64,000 nucleotides of DNA from an uncultured virus (IMG/VR IMGVR_UViG_3300008050_000034) (lineage: Duplodnaviria; Heunggongvirae; Uroviricota; Caudoviricetes). Positions within the stretch are counted from its first letter, which is position 1. The number at the start of each line of letters is the position of its first letter. Location: IMG/VR virus record IMGVR_UViG_3300008050_000034. One strand, 5' to 3'. Shown in pieces: positions 7,297 to 15,619 of the stretch. Below the pieces are notes generated by a model, which saw only the letters and a list, made by a program, of their open reading frames with translations, did no database searches and was not told the origin of the DNA. A program made the position numbers and the translations under genes.

Positions 7297-7566
7297 CTAC
7301 TCTGTCCAGCCTTCCTCTCCCTCACAGAGAACACTTTCCAGCCCGCAAGGGTCTGGGAAAACATGATCTTCTCCCGCGTGGGCGCGAGCGACTTCCTCGT
7401 CGCTTGGGTAGTACGCCTTGTCAGGCGTTTCGTGTACGAGTTCCTGATCCTGGACAGGAGATAGCACTGCTATTGCTCCTGCAGAGAATAGGGGTACCGC
7501 TATTGCGAACAACGCAAGCAATGAAAGCACAAGAGAGATTTTCGAGCGATTCGACAAGTATGGCAT
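7297..7566 (-). CDS. Membrane/secreted hypothetical protein
   Basis: GGAGG RBS, GGCATAA element at 7586-7592, N-terminal TM segment. Confidence 0.65.
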   Translation of the reverse strand: MPYLSNRSKISLVLSLLALFAIAVPLFSAGAIAVLSPVQDQELVHETPDKAYYPSDEEVARAHAGEDHVFPDPCGLESVLCEGEEGWTE

Positions 7567-7683
7567 TAGAGTTCCTCCATCATACTTATGCCCTAAAAGA
7601 GACAACGATGTGCCCCCGCCGCCCGGTCAGGGGGGCAGCGGAGGCACAAGGTTGCGTCCTCGGACGAAGACGCAGGGAGGTTC

Positions 7684-8016
7684 TTATGATTCTTCTGCAG
7701 GGACCTGGTCGCCGTCTTCACTGGCGCACTGGTCGTCTTCCGATTCTAAAGGCTCGGTTGTTACTCCGCCCGAATCCATAATCCGCTGGCTCAAGAGCTT
7801 CATCATGCTCTGATCTTTGAACAGTTCCTGAACAATCAGGACGAGCCACATTTGCCTGGTAATGGGAGTACCGGGTTCCAGCTTAGGCTGAACATACACG
7901 TTCATGTTGTGATTGGTATCAAACACCACCGCACAGTCCTTCCCCGTCAAGGGAATCTGGTACACCTCGTCCACAGGTTGCTGCCCTGGGCTACTTTCTG
8001 GTGTGGTCGTCGTCAT
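7684..8016 (-). CDS. Hypothetical protein
   Basis: GGAG RBS, overlaps the upstream gene. Confidence 0.65.
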   Translation of the reverse strand: MTTTTPESSPGQQPVDEVYQIPLTGKDCAVVFDTNHNMNVYVQPKLEPGTPITRQMWLVLIVQELFKDQSMMKLLSQRIMDSGGVTTEPLESEDDQCASEDGDQVPAEES

Positions 8017-8716
8017 TAGTCGTCTCTCCTATGTCCTGTACGTACCGGAAGGCCGGTGTGTAACTTTCCCTAGAGATTGCCTCTAGTATAAATTTCCTGA
8101 GCTTTTTAGCACGGGATAGTTGTCGAAATACAGCCTTAGCTTCTGTAACTGTCTTAGGCTTAGAGTGCACTTTTGCTTTGTTGGGATCTTTACCTACCCT
8201 CACCCTACAATACAAGTCCTCTCCCGACTCCTCCTGGGCCACTACCGTAGTCCAGAATTCGTCTATAGAGTTTATAGTGGGGACTCTCCCTCTCCCCTCT
8301 ACTTTAGGGAGAACATCGGGGGTAGTGAGTATCTCTGGAGCCGCCCACCGTACCATCGTGGTTCTTGAGGGAGCCTTCGAAACTCGTACATGGCCTCTGA
8401 CCATTGTTCCGGACTTAGATGCGAAGTCCGGAGGCACTTCATACTTCACAGATTCCCACTCCTCTGAGGTACAGGCATTAGAAGTAGGATTAATGTATAG
8501 AGAGAAGAGCTCCGCAATATCGCCTACTGTTAGGTAGATGTAGTTCTCATCCGATTCTACAAGGACTGTCTCCCCGATCGCATCAGGGGTGCACCGTAGC
8601 CCACTCTCCAGGAGTGTAGAGTTGGCATACATGGACGTAAGCTCATCTTCTCTCGCTGCCAGCTCGGATTTCAGAGCCTCTATGGCATCTCTGGTGGTCT
8701 TTAGATTAATGGCCAT
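7991..8716 (-). CDS. Hypothetical protein
   Basis: Long ORF, GGAGG RBS. Confidence 0.7.
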   Translation of the reverse strand: MAINLKTTRDAIEALKSELAAREDELTSMYANSTLLESGLRCTPDAIGETVLVESDENYIYLTVGDIAELFSLYINPTSNACTSEEWESVKYEVPPDFASKSGTMVRGHVRVSKAPSRTTMVRWAAPEILTTPDVLPKVEGRGRVPTINSIDEFWTTVVAQEESGEDLYCRVRVGKDPNKAKVHSKPKTVTEAKAVFRQLSRAKKLRKFILEAISRESYTPAFRYVQDIGETTNDDDHTRK

Positions 8717-8744
8717 TAGCGCCACCTCCTCTATTTAGTGTGTT

Positions 8745-8829
8745 TGGTGCGGGGTAAGGGACTCGAACCCTTACAGCTAAAGCCGCCGGCTCCTAAAGCC
8801 GGTGCGTCTACCAATTCCGCCAACCCCGC
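8745..8829 (-). tRNA. tRNA-Leu(TAG)
   Basis: GCGGGGTTGGCGGAATTGGTAGACGCA-CCGGC-TTTAGGA-GCCGG...GGTTCGAGTCC...CCA; long variable arm. Confidence 0.95.
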
Positions 8830-8833
8830 AAAG

Positions 8834-8907
8834 TACCCGGGGCGGGATTCGAACCCGCACTTGGGGGATTTTAAGTCCCCTGCCTCTGCCAATTGGGCTA
8901 CCCGGGC
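8834..8907 (-). tRNA. tRNA-Leu(TAA), short variable loop
   Basis: GCCCGGGTAGCCCAATTGGCAGAGGCA-GGGGA-CTTAAAA-TCCCC-CAAGT-GCGGGTTCGAATCCCGC; no encoded CCA. Confidence 0.9.
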
Positions 8908-8919
8908 AGAGGGTAAGGT

Positions 8920-8994
8920 TGGTAGCCGAGGCGGGACTTGAACCCGCGACAAATAGCGTGTAAAGCTACTGCTCTCCCACTGAGCTACCCGGCC
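8920..8994 (-). tRNA. tRNA-Val(TAC)
   Basis: GGCCGGGTAGCTCAGTGGGAGAGCA-GTAGC-TTTACAC-GCTAT...GGTTCAAGTCC...CCA. Confidence 0.95.
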
Positions 8995-9380
8995 ACGGCC
9001 CTTTTTCTCTCGGCATGTCTCGCTCGTGCGTTCTTGTTTGAGCATTCGCGGCTGCAGTATTTTGACCTTGCTCGATGAGGGTTATCACAGGAAGCCCACG
9101 CACATCGAGCAATTTGGAGCTCTCGCCTTCTCCGATCTACCCGTTCTCGCCGAGTAGCCAACCTCCGTTCGCGCTTAATGTCCTCGAGGCGAGCGAGGTA
9201 CTTTTCATGTTGAGGCTCTACTATCAACCGTATTCCCGGTTCTCCGTAGACTCTCTTGCCGCATGCCCAGCACACCAAGACCATAGCGCCCGTGGCACTA
9301 GATACGTCCTTCTCTATGTAAGTGTTGGTGCTGGTGCATTTTGGGCACTGTATCCGGAAGCTTGGCATTTCTGCGGCCAT
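8985..9380 (-). CDS. Zinc-finger protein (two Cys clusters)
   Basis: CPKC...CWAC and CAWASC...KYCSRECSNK (CGNR-like). Confidence 0.7.
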   Translation of the reverse strand: MAAEMPSFRIQCPKCTSTNTYIEKDVSSATGAMVLVCWACGKRVYGEPGIRLIVEPQHEKYLARLEDIKRERRLATRRERVDRRRRELQIARCAWASCDNPHRARSKYCSRECSNKNARARHAERKRAVAG

Positions 9381-9507
9381 CGAGATGTCCTTCCTCGTGC
9401 GTAGTTGTTTTGTATTAGATAGTAACGAACCCGTAAAAAGCAGTCCCTTCTTCGTTACTGACCCGAGCGGAAGCAAATAACCGATCGGTACCCTCTATCT
9501 CGCGATC

Positions 9508-9717
9508 TTAGATTATCTCGGACTCTGAGCACCGAGGAAACTCAGTACCCCTAAGGTGCCTGGTGGCTTTTGCCCAAAGAAGCTCTATCTCTTTCAATGT
9601 AGGCTCTCTTTTTAGTCGAGACAAATAGTTCGACTTGATGACGTCTACAACACTCCCTAGTAGAAAGACCATTGTCTCGTCGACTACGGGAGCTGTTGAT
9701 TTCCGTTTCATATTCAT
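9508..9717 (-). CDS. Hypothetical protein
   Basis: Short ORF between tRNA genes. Confidence 0.55.
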   Translation of the reverse strand: MNMKRKSTAPVVDETMVFLLGSVVDVIKSNYLSRLKREPTLKEIELLWAKATRHLRGTEFPRCSESEII

Positions 9718-9726
9718 CTTCCTGGC

Positions 9727-9802
9727 TGGTAGGCCCGCCGGGAATTGAACCCGGGACTTCTCGCTTATAAGACGAGCGCTCTAACCCCTGAGCTACGGGC
9801 CC
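9727..9802 (-). tRNA. tRNA-Ile(TAT)
   Basis: GGGCCCGTAGCTCAGGGGTTAGAGCG-CTCGT-CTTATAA-GCGAG...GGTTCAATTCC...CCA. Confidence 0.95.
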
Positions 9803-9865
9803 TCAAGGCCAGGGGATTAAAAGAGTGCTTGAGCTGTGCTCCTTAGCGTCTGTAGCGAATCGGAT

Positions 9866-10054
9866 TTATTCCTTCTCGACTTCGATGCTTGCTGCCCTGA
9901 AGTCTTTGAGATCATTACGAACCTCCTGAGCGGTCTTCCTCATTCTCTTGTTGGCTGCCTTCCATCCATAGCCTTTGCTATCTATGAGTTCGGCGTCGTC
10001 AAGGTGGGAAGCGAGGCGCTCCACGAGATCGTTCAGTCTTTCAGAGATGTTCAT
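9866..10054 (-). CDS. Histone H1-like (Hc1-family) small protein
   Basis: DAE...G..KAANKRMRK..QEVRNDLKDFR resembles the GNKAAGTRARK...LKEFR family; AAGGAG RBS. Confidence 0.65.
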   Translation of the reverse strand: MNISERLNDLVERLASHLDDAELIDSKGYGWKAANKRMRKTAQEVRNDLKDFRAASIEVEKE

Positions 10055-10107
10055 TTTTGAACTCCTTTTGGTGTTCTTTGGTTTTAGAGGGGACGACTAA
10101 GATTTAG

Positions 10108-10180
10108 TGAGCCGCCCGGGACTTGAACCCGGAACCGTCGGATTAAAAGTCCGATGCTCTACCAGTTGAGCTAACGGCCC
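10108..10180 (-). tRNA. tRNA-Lys(TTT)
   Basis: GGGCCGTTAGCTCAACTGGTAGAGCA-TCGGA-CTTTTAA-TCCGA...GGTTCAAGTCC. Confidence 0.95.
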
Positions 10181-10191
10181 GGACTCTGCTT

Positions 10192-10217
10192 TTATGACGT
10201 CTCTTCCTCTGTTTTTG
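10192..10217 (-). promoter_or_regulatory. Phage promoter motif CAAA-N15-GTCATAA upstream of tRNA-Lys
   Basis: Recurrent motif, 11 nt from the tRNA 5' end. Confidence 0.6.
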
Positions 10218-10325
10218 TTTTGGTTGCGGAGGTACTCACACCTCTCCTCGTTTAGTCTTATTAGTGTCTTCAAGTCCCACATGAGTATCTCCTTTTGAAA
10301 ACATCATAAGAAGTATAGAAAGAAA

Positions 10326-10402
10326 TGGCACCCCCAGGAGGATTCGAACCTCCGACCCTCGGCTTAGAAGGCCGATGCTCTATCCAGCTGAGCTATGGGG
10401 GC
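10326..10402 (-). tRNA. tRNA-Arg(TCT)
   Basis: GCCCCCATAGCTCAGCTGGATAGAGCA-TCGGC-CTTCTAA-GCCGA...GGTTCGAATCC...CCA. Confidence 0.95.
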
Positions 10403-10433
10403 ACGGGGCTGCCCCCAAGAAAGCGTCGCTTTC

Positions 10434-10958
10434 TCAAGGGCAGCTACTGATTATCTCTCGAAGTACGTCTTCAGAGATAGACCCACTCTCCGCCCTTCCA
10501 GACCAGGAGTGGACTGAGGGTTGAGTAGAGTAGTACATCTCTCCGCAAGAGAGGGCGTGGAGCATTGTGTCCCTGACGTGGACCGGATTCTTCGGCTCGG
10601 GACATGAGGCAGCAGAAACGGCCTCCCCAAACAAAAGCAACTCGGACCTTTCGTCATTCATTGATATCCATCTTAGGATTTCTTCGTCCTCTTCTGCCAG
10701 GGAGACTCGGCCCAGTGCCTTGGTCTCCCCTACTATGAGAGAAGAGTATGAATCTCCAGCCTCCCTCTCTTGAGGGTTCCGGATACTCATACCCCTCACC
10801 CGAGGGTTCCCATCCAAGAGAGACTGCACTTGAGCAATAGCCTCGAGTGCCTTCTCTGCTTGGACAACGTCTACTTCTACGAACATGTAGATGTCGCTCT
10901 CTAGCCGGTCGCTACTCTGGCAAAGAGTGATAGTTCTATACATTTCAAACCTCCTCAT
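10434..10958 (-). CDS. Hypothetical protein
   Basis: Overlaps the upstream gene; GAGGAGG RBS favours a slightly downstream start. Confidence 0.65.
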   Translation of the reverse strand: MRRFEMYRTITLCQSSDRLESDIYMFVEVDVVQAEKALEAIAQVQSLLDGNPRVRGMSIRNPQEREAGDSYSSLIVGETKALGRVSLAEEDEEILRWISMNDERSELLLFGEAVSAASCPEPKNPVHVRDTMLHALSCGEMYYSTQPSVHSWSGRAESGSISEDVLREIISSCP

Positions 10959-12537
10959 TGGAGATCTCTAGTATCTCCAGATCTACTGTTTTGCGATGCA
11001 GTTCCATTTGGACCATCTCTCCCACTTCCGCGTCTAGTAGAGCTATTGCAAGTGGGACATGCAAGCGCAGTAACTTCTCCTCCCCTGACTGTGCTGCCTG
11101 GGGGCTCCACAAGGTGACTGTTCTTTCTCTACCCGTATCGCAGTTTTGGAAGCGGACCTTAGACCCTCTCTTTACAATCAAAGGATCCGGGTAGAGGGGA
11201 GCCGCTTCCTCCTCAACCTCTGTTACCTCCGTGACGGGGTCCGCAGTGACTGGCCTCCTCGACTTAGGGCGATAGATCCCTGTCTGGGATGGCGCATGTC
11301 GTGGCCCAAATCTACGTGGCCTTTCCTGGGGAGGGGCGGAAATGGGAACAGAGACGATCTCGGGAGTTGCCCCGTTCCGGCCCATCACGGGCTGAGTTGG
11401 GTGCAGAGGTAGTTGGGCAGACACCGTCTTGCCCCACCCAAGAGAGGATGCGGTAGCCGGATGACCATTTACCTTAAGTGCCGAAGTCTCGTCATCTCCG
11501 TAGGTCCCTCTCGAGGCATGTGCTTTCCATGCAGCAAGAGTGCGCTTAGGTATGTCGAAGATCATGGCCACTTCCTCGAGTGAGTACGTCCCGATCAAAG
11601 ACAGAGCCGTAGGCCGAAGGGCACTCATCCCGTCCTTCGCAGTCATAGACTTGTAGGACAAGAGATTAGTTCCATTCTCCTCGCACCACTTCACTATAGA
11701 TAGCATCTGAGATTCGTGGACAACGAGGTACCCTACAGTGAAGAAGGGAATCCCAGGATGTCCCTTGTCTTTGGAGTGGTAAGCCAAGATATTGACCGCC
11801 AGAAGTTGGATCTGCTGAGGCAGAAGCACGGCGTCGGCGCACTGACGTATTACGTCAGCCCTAACCATCGCCCTTCCGACAGCAGTCAACGTCCTGTTCT
11901 TTCCTCGAAAGAAAGTCTGATCGTCTCCGACCTTGTCCTCGCTCCAGATCTTACGCATTCTCTTCTCACAGAGAGCATACAGCTCCTTCACTGCGAACTT
12001 CCCGTGAACGTACATCCGGGCTCCGGCCTCGTCTCCCCGGTTGATTGCCTCTTGCTTGAGCTTCTTTCGAAGAGGGCGAGGCAGCGGAGGAACGATTGAG
12101 AACTTGTTCTTACCTAGGTGCTCTCGTCCCTTGATCATGGTTACTCCCAGAAAGGCCGGGAGCGTTGCCACATTCCTGGCAACCTCAACGATGCTCTCGA
12201 TGTTGTCGACAGACAGGCCTCCGCAGAAGTCTAGGTGGACTGCATTGTACTTCAGGTAAGGAGATGCCTTCCCCACTTCCGCATGAACGACAGTGGTCCC
12301 CGGGTACAACTCTTCGCAGAACTCTGCGTACTCCTGCTTCTTATCCACAACACTTATCTGGGACGGGTCAAAGCCCAACCCCACTAGAGTTGAGACATCG
12401 CCGCCCTCTCCTCCCAGAACTAGAGACCCCTGATAGGGAATCCCCAAGCTGTTCATGAAATTAGCGCAGCTAATCCACAGCTTCGTTCTGGTGATCTTCT
12501 TACCGGGGCTGTCCCCTTTGTAGTTACCAGACGACAT
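10945..12537 (-). CDS. Multidomain protein: SAM-methyltransferase-like N-terminus, HTH-like segment, C-terminal GreA/GreB C-domain
   Basis: LVLGGEGGD/VVD/HLDFCG; SLEEVAMIFDIPKRTLAAW; GSKVRF...PLAIALLDAEVGEMV...LEILEI. Confidence 0.65.
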   Translation of the reverse strand: MSSGNYKGDSPGKKITRTKLWISCANFMNSLGIPYQGSLVLGGEGGDVSTLVGLGFDPSQISVVDKKQEYAEFCEELYPGTTVVHAEVGKASPYLKYNAVHLDFCGGLSVDNIESIVEVARNVATLPAFLGVTMIKGREHLGKNKFSIVPPLPRPLRKKLKQEAINRGDEAGARMYVHGKFAVKELYALCEKRMRKIWSEDKVGDDQTFFRGKNRTLTAVGRAMVRADVIRQCADAVLLPQQIQLLAVNILAYHSKDKGHPGIPFFTVGYLVVHESQMLSIVKWCEENGTNLLSYKSMTAKDGMSALRPTALSLIGTYSLEEVAMIFDIPKRTLAAWKAHASRGTYGDDETSALKVNGHPATASSLGWGKTVSAQLPLHPTQPVMGRNGATPEIVSVPISAPPQERPRRFGPRHAPSQTGIYRPKSRRPVTADPVTEVTEVEEEAAPLYPDPLIVKRGSKVRFQNCDTGRERTVTLWSPQAAQSGEEKLLRLHVPLAIALLDAEVGEMVQMELHRKTVDLEILEISNEEV

Positions 12538-12547
12538 GATTCAGTCC

Positions 12548-12585
12548 AAAAAGAAAGCCCCCGCCTCCATACAGGAGGCGAGGGC
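12548..12585 (-). terminator. Rho-independent terminator
   Basis: GCCCTCGCCTCC-TGTAT-GGAGGCGGGGGC followed by TTTCTTTTT. Confidence 0.75.
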
Positions 12586-12607
12586 CCAGTTAGTTTAGTT
12601 AGGTAAG

Positions 12608-12949
12608 CTATTCAGGTATGCGCTGTTGCCAGGTACCTGTAGCTCGGTTTAGGTCATATACCCTGAAGTCCTCCAGGCCGGGTACGCGCCTTCGTATACT
12701 CTGGATTCCCTCTAGCCATTCAGAGGAGTCCGTCTCCGAGTGAATGGTTCGTGGGATGCTCTCATCGAACTCCGAAGAGCGTCCTACCAAGAGAGCGTAC
12801 CGAAATCTCTCTCCAGTATGCTCATCGATGTAGGTGTTAGATTTAGCGCAGACCCATATGACCCCATCAGAGGGGTCTTCTAGTTGGTCTCCGGTTCCGG
12901 GGAAGTACGTCTCTCGTGAGAGAGCTCCTCTTCGTCCTCTTCTTGCCAT
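12608..12949 (-). CDS. Hypothetical protein
   Basis: AAGGAG RBS; promoter variant at 12990-13016. Confidence 0.7.
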   Translation of the reverse strand: MARRGRRGALSRETYFPGTGDQLEDPSDGVIWVCAKSNTYIDEHTGERFRYALLVGRSSEFDESIPRTIHSETDSSEWLEGIQSIRRRVPGLEDFRVYDLNRATGTWQQRIPE

Positions 12950-13029
12950 GGTACTCTCCTTTATAAAGGCCTAGGGCTCTACATGGGACTTATGAGGTAT
13001 TATAGGCTACTTTTTAAGGGGGACATTAG

Positions 13030-13287
13030 ATGAACACCAAGAAAATTCCTATAAGACCTGGTGAGTCTGTGGGCCGATACTACAGACGGATAGGCAAGCT
13101 GAGTGCCGCTTCCAGGCTTGGAGTGCAGAGGAAAGTAGGCAGGGAGTGGCAGAGCATTAAACTCTCCTATAGAACTAAGACAGGAGATATGATTAGGATA
13201 CGTGGGGCGGAAGGAAGATCCTCTCCTGCTGAAGGACTAAAGAGCCTCGCCAAGGCCATAGTCCTGAACCAAAAAGGAAGACCGTAA
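13030..13287 (+). CDS. Basic hypothetical protein (possible beta-grasp fold)
   Basis: IPIRPGESV...SYRTKTGDMIRI pattern. Confidence 0.55.
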   Translation: MNTKKIPIRPGESVGRYYRRIGKLSAASRLGVQRKVGREWQSIKLSYRTKTGDMIRIRGAEGRSSPAEGLKSLAKAIVLNQKGRP

Positions 13288-14151
13288 ATGTCCTATCACC
13301 TCTCAACGTCACTATCGGAGCAAGTAGCTAATCTGGCCGATGTCTACTCTCAGGTCCGGGTCCTGCCTACGGCCAGGGACGAGATCCTCAGGAACTCTAG
13401 AATGGGGACCCGCCCCAAAGACAGCCCTATTGACCTAACGTCCCTAATGACCCTGGTGGACGCATTTATAGCGTACCGGTACGTGTGGTGGGATCCTGCC
13501 TCCCCTGCTATGGAGCTAACCAACCCCTATCTGGCTACTCCAAGAACGTCCCTCTTTACCGCTTGGAGGAGGAGGAAGTGCCGACTTCAGTCCCGAGTAG
13601 AGTTAGGGGCTATGCCCGAACCGACCCCGGAGCTCATAGACTCTGACGCCCCACACTATACGACCCCTCCGATGGCACCTAGGATCCTTGCGGGCCACAG
13701 CAGCCCCGAGCCCTATACGGAGAAGATTTGGGTCTCCAACCCCTGGCAGGGAGCCGACTTCCCTCGGTACATAGGGTGGCCTTATGCTATTCACCAGGAC
13801 ACCAACCCTCTAGAGTTTGACGTCTATGTGGTGTACGCGGACGGGTCGATTCCGAGCCATGTTGAGATGAACGGAACTCCGGATGTGGTGTCTCGCAACT
13901 ATACCTTCCAGTCACACTCGGTCTCTGGTAACCGCATTAGGCTTGAGTTCTCTGAGGGCCCGGCAGGAGATGGGTACGACGATCACCATGTGGTTATCGA
14001 CTTGAAGTTCATCGCATGGGAGGAGACTCCCTGGTCCGAAGAGACTCCGCTCCTTGGGGAGTTTCAAAACGGATACGACAAGTCTCCGGTTGTGGCCCAC
14101 GGCCAACATACTCTTATCTTGGATACGGTCAACAATGACTCAGGAATGTAG
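13288..14151 (+). CDS. Hypothetical protein
   Basis: 287-aa ORF adjoining the previous stop codon. Confidence 0.75.
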   Translation: MSYHLSTSLSEQVANLADVYSQVRVLPTARDEILRNSRMGTRPKDSPIDLTSLMTLVDAFIAYRYVWWDPASPAMELTNPYLATPRTSLFTAWRRRKCRLQSRVELGAMPEPTPELIDSDAPHYTTPPMAPRILAGHSSPEPYTEKIWVSNPWQGADFPRYIGWPYAIHQDTNPLEFDVYVVYADGSIPSHVEMNGTPDVVSRNYTFQSHSVSGNRIRLEFSEGPAGDGYDDHHVVIDLKFIAWEETPWSEETPLLGEFQNGYDKSPVVAHGQHTLILDTVNNDSGM

Positions 14152-14326
14152 CACCAACGATGCCCCGAACTCTCCGCCCAGAGTTATAGCCTCCGCCCTG
14201 TGTTCGGAGTGCAAAAGCACGAAGACCGCTAGGATAGGCGTCAGTAAGGAGAGGCCCGAATCTATCTGGAAATGCGTAGAGTGCGGGCACGTTTTTAGAA
14301 TAAAGAGAGTGAAAAGTTTCAAGTAG
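14135..14326 (+). CDS. Zinc-ribbon protein
   Basis: CSEC...WKCVECGHVF. Confidence 0.55.
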   Translation: MTQECSTNDAPNSPPRVIASALCSECKSTKTARIGVSKERPESIWKCVECGHVFRIKRVKSFK

Positions 14327-14366
14327 CTCCTTGACTGTCCGTACAAACGTTAGTACATAAGACAGT

Positions 14367-14783
14367 ATGAACGACCCCAGTGACATTGATGAGCTGCTGA
14401 AGGGAGACCCTTCTCAGTTTCATAAGGACCTGCAAGAGGCAACTCCGCAGAAGTCAGAGCTGAAGTCTGCTGCAGACGAGCTCATAGATGTTATTGGAGA
14501 GGTCGAAGCCCCTAGACGGGTCTTGACCTGCCCCTCCTGCAAGGGAACAGAGTTTACGACTCGGAAGTCTGTAGGGGCTGGGGCTACTATCCACGTCTGC
14601 GCTTCTTGCCGAACTAAGGTTCACGGACCCTCCAGAACCAACGCAAGGATGATTGCCTGCAAGAAGTCTAGTACTCCTGCAGGTCCGTACTACAAACCCT
14701 CTAGACCCCAATCACCGGTAGGCAAGAACACTCCCAAGCATCGACGTAAGGGAAGATCTATGTCCGCACTAAAGAAGGATTAA
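14367..14783 (+). CDS. Zinc-ribbon protein
   Basis: CPSC...CASC. Confidence 0.65.
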   Translation: MNDPSDIDELLKGDPSQFHKDLQEATPQKSELKSAADELIDVIGEVEAPRRVLTCPSCKGTEFTTRKSVGAGATIHVCASCRTKVHGPSRTNARMIACKKSSTPAGPYYKPSRPQSPVGKNTPKHRRKGRSMSALKKD

Positions 14784-14785
14784 AA

Positions 14786-15619
14786 ATGGCGAAACAAGTA
14801 AGACCCAAGGGCGGCGGAGCTGTCTCTTTTCACGATCCACCCCCGGACGAGGATAAGAAGTCCCGATATGCCAACATTATCGCCAGAGCTAAGGCCGGGA
14901 ATAAGGATAAGCCTGGAGACCTAGAAGGCACTCCTCGGTTTGAGGACGTGAATACTGGGTGGGATGCTCCAAGAAAGCCTTCTGCTGGCGGTGTCGTATC
15001 CAAGGGTACATCCGACGGACTCCAAGCAGTCGCTGAGGCCTCCGCAGCCGCAGCCGCAGTAAAGGCAGCTGCAGAGGAAGAAGAGAACCGGGGGTCTGGA
15101 ATTGGGGATGGAGTCAGCGCAGAGGCGGTTGCCTCTGTAGCTCGAGTCCCAGACAGCGATCCTGTAGAGGTTGAGGCCTCTAAAGAGGAGGCTCTCAAAG
15201 CGAAGATCGAGACTCGAGTGGACAAGCTGGACATCGGGCAGTACCTGATGAACGGAGAGCTCACTCAGTCTGTTCCCATCATTCCTGGGAAGCTAGTAGT
15301 TACCTTCAGGACTGTTACGGATCTCGAGGAGTGTTTTGTAGATGATGAGCTCTCTGCAGGTGGAGAACTAACTGCCAGAGCGTTCCTACGCAGAGCTAAC
15401 GAGTGGGCCCTGGCATTCCACATAGCGGAGGTCAACGGATCCAAGTGGCCGACGACTATCGATGGAGATGGGACCGTAAGCGAGAAGTCTGTCAAGAGAA
15501 GGCTATCCCATGTGCGGAAGCTGTCCTCGCCCATCTTCCACCTTCTATCTCAGAATCTAGCGTGGTTCCTCGAGAGAGTTAACGACTCTTTGAACATGGA
15601 AGCGTTGGGAAATGGATAG
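14786..15619 (+). CDS. Putative tail assembly chaperone (G-like)
   Basis: Ends at the slippery heptamer G GGA AAT; 'VTFRTVT' strand in the C-terminal domain. Confidence 0.65.
   Translation: MAKQVRPKGGGAVSFHDPPPDEDKKSRYANIIARAKAGNKDKPGDLEGTPRFEDVNTGWDAPRKPSAGGVVSKGTSDGLQAVAEASAAAAAVKAAAEEEENRGSGIGDGVSAEAVASVARVPDSDPVEVEASKEEALKAKIETRVDKLDIGQYLMNGELTQSVPIIPGKLVVTFRTVTDLEECFVDDELSAGGELTARAFLRRANEWALAFHIAEVNGSKWPTTIDGDGTVSEKSVKRRLSHVRKLSSPIFHLLSQNLAWFLERVNDSLNMEALGNG

Noticed and set aside
8731..9045. ORFs 8731-9045 and 8738-8941
   Set aside because: They overlap three clear tRNA genes.
12586..12610. Short AGTT(T) periodic stretch as a possible repeat/guide array
   Set aside because: Only 3-4 degenerate units between a stop codon and a terminator.
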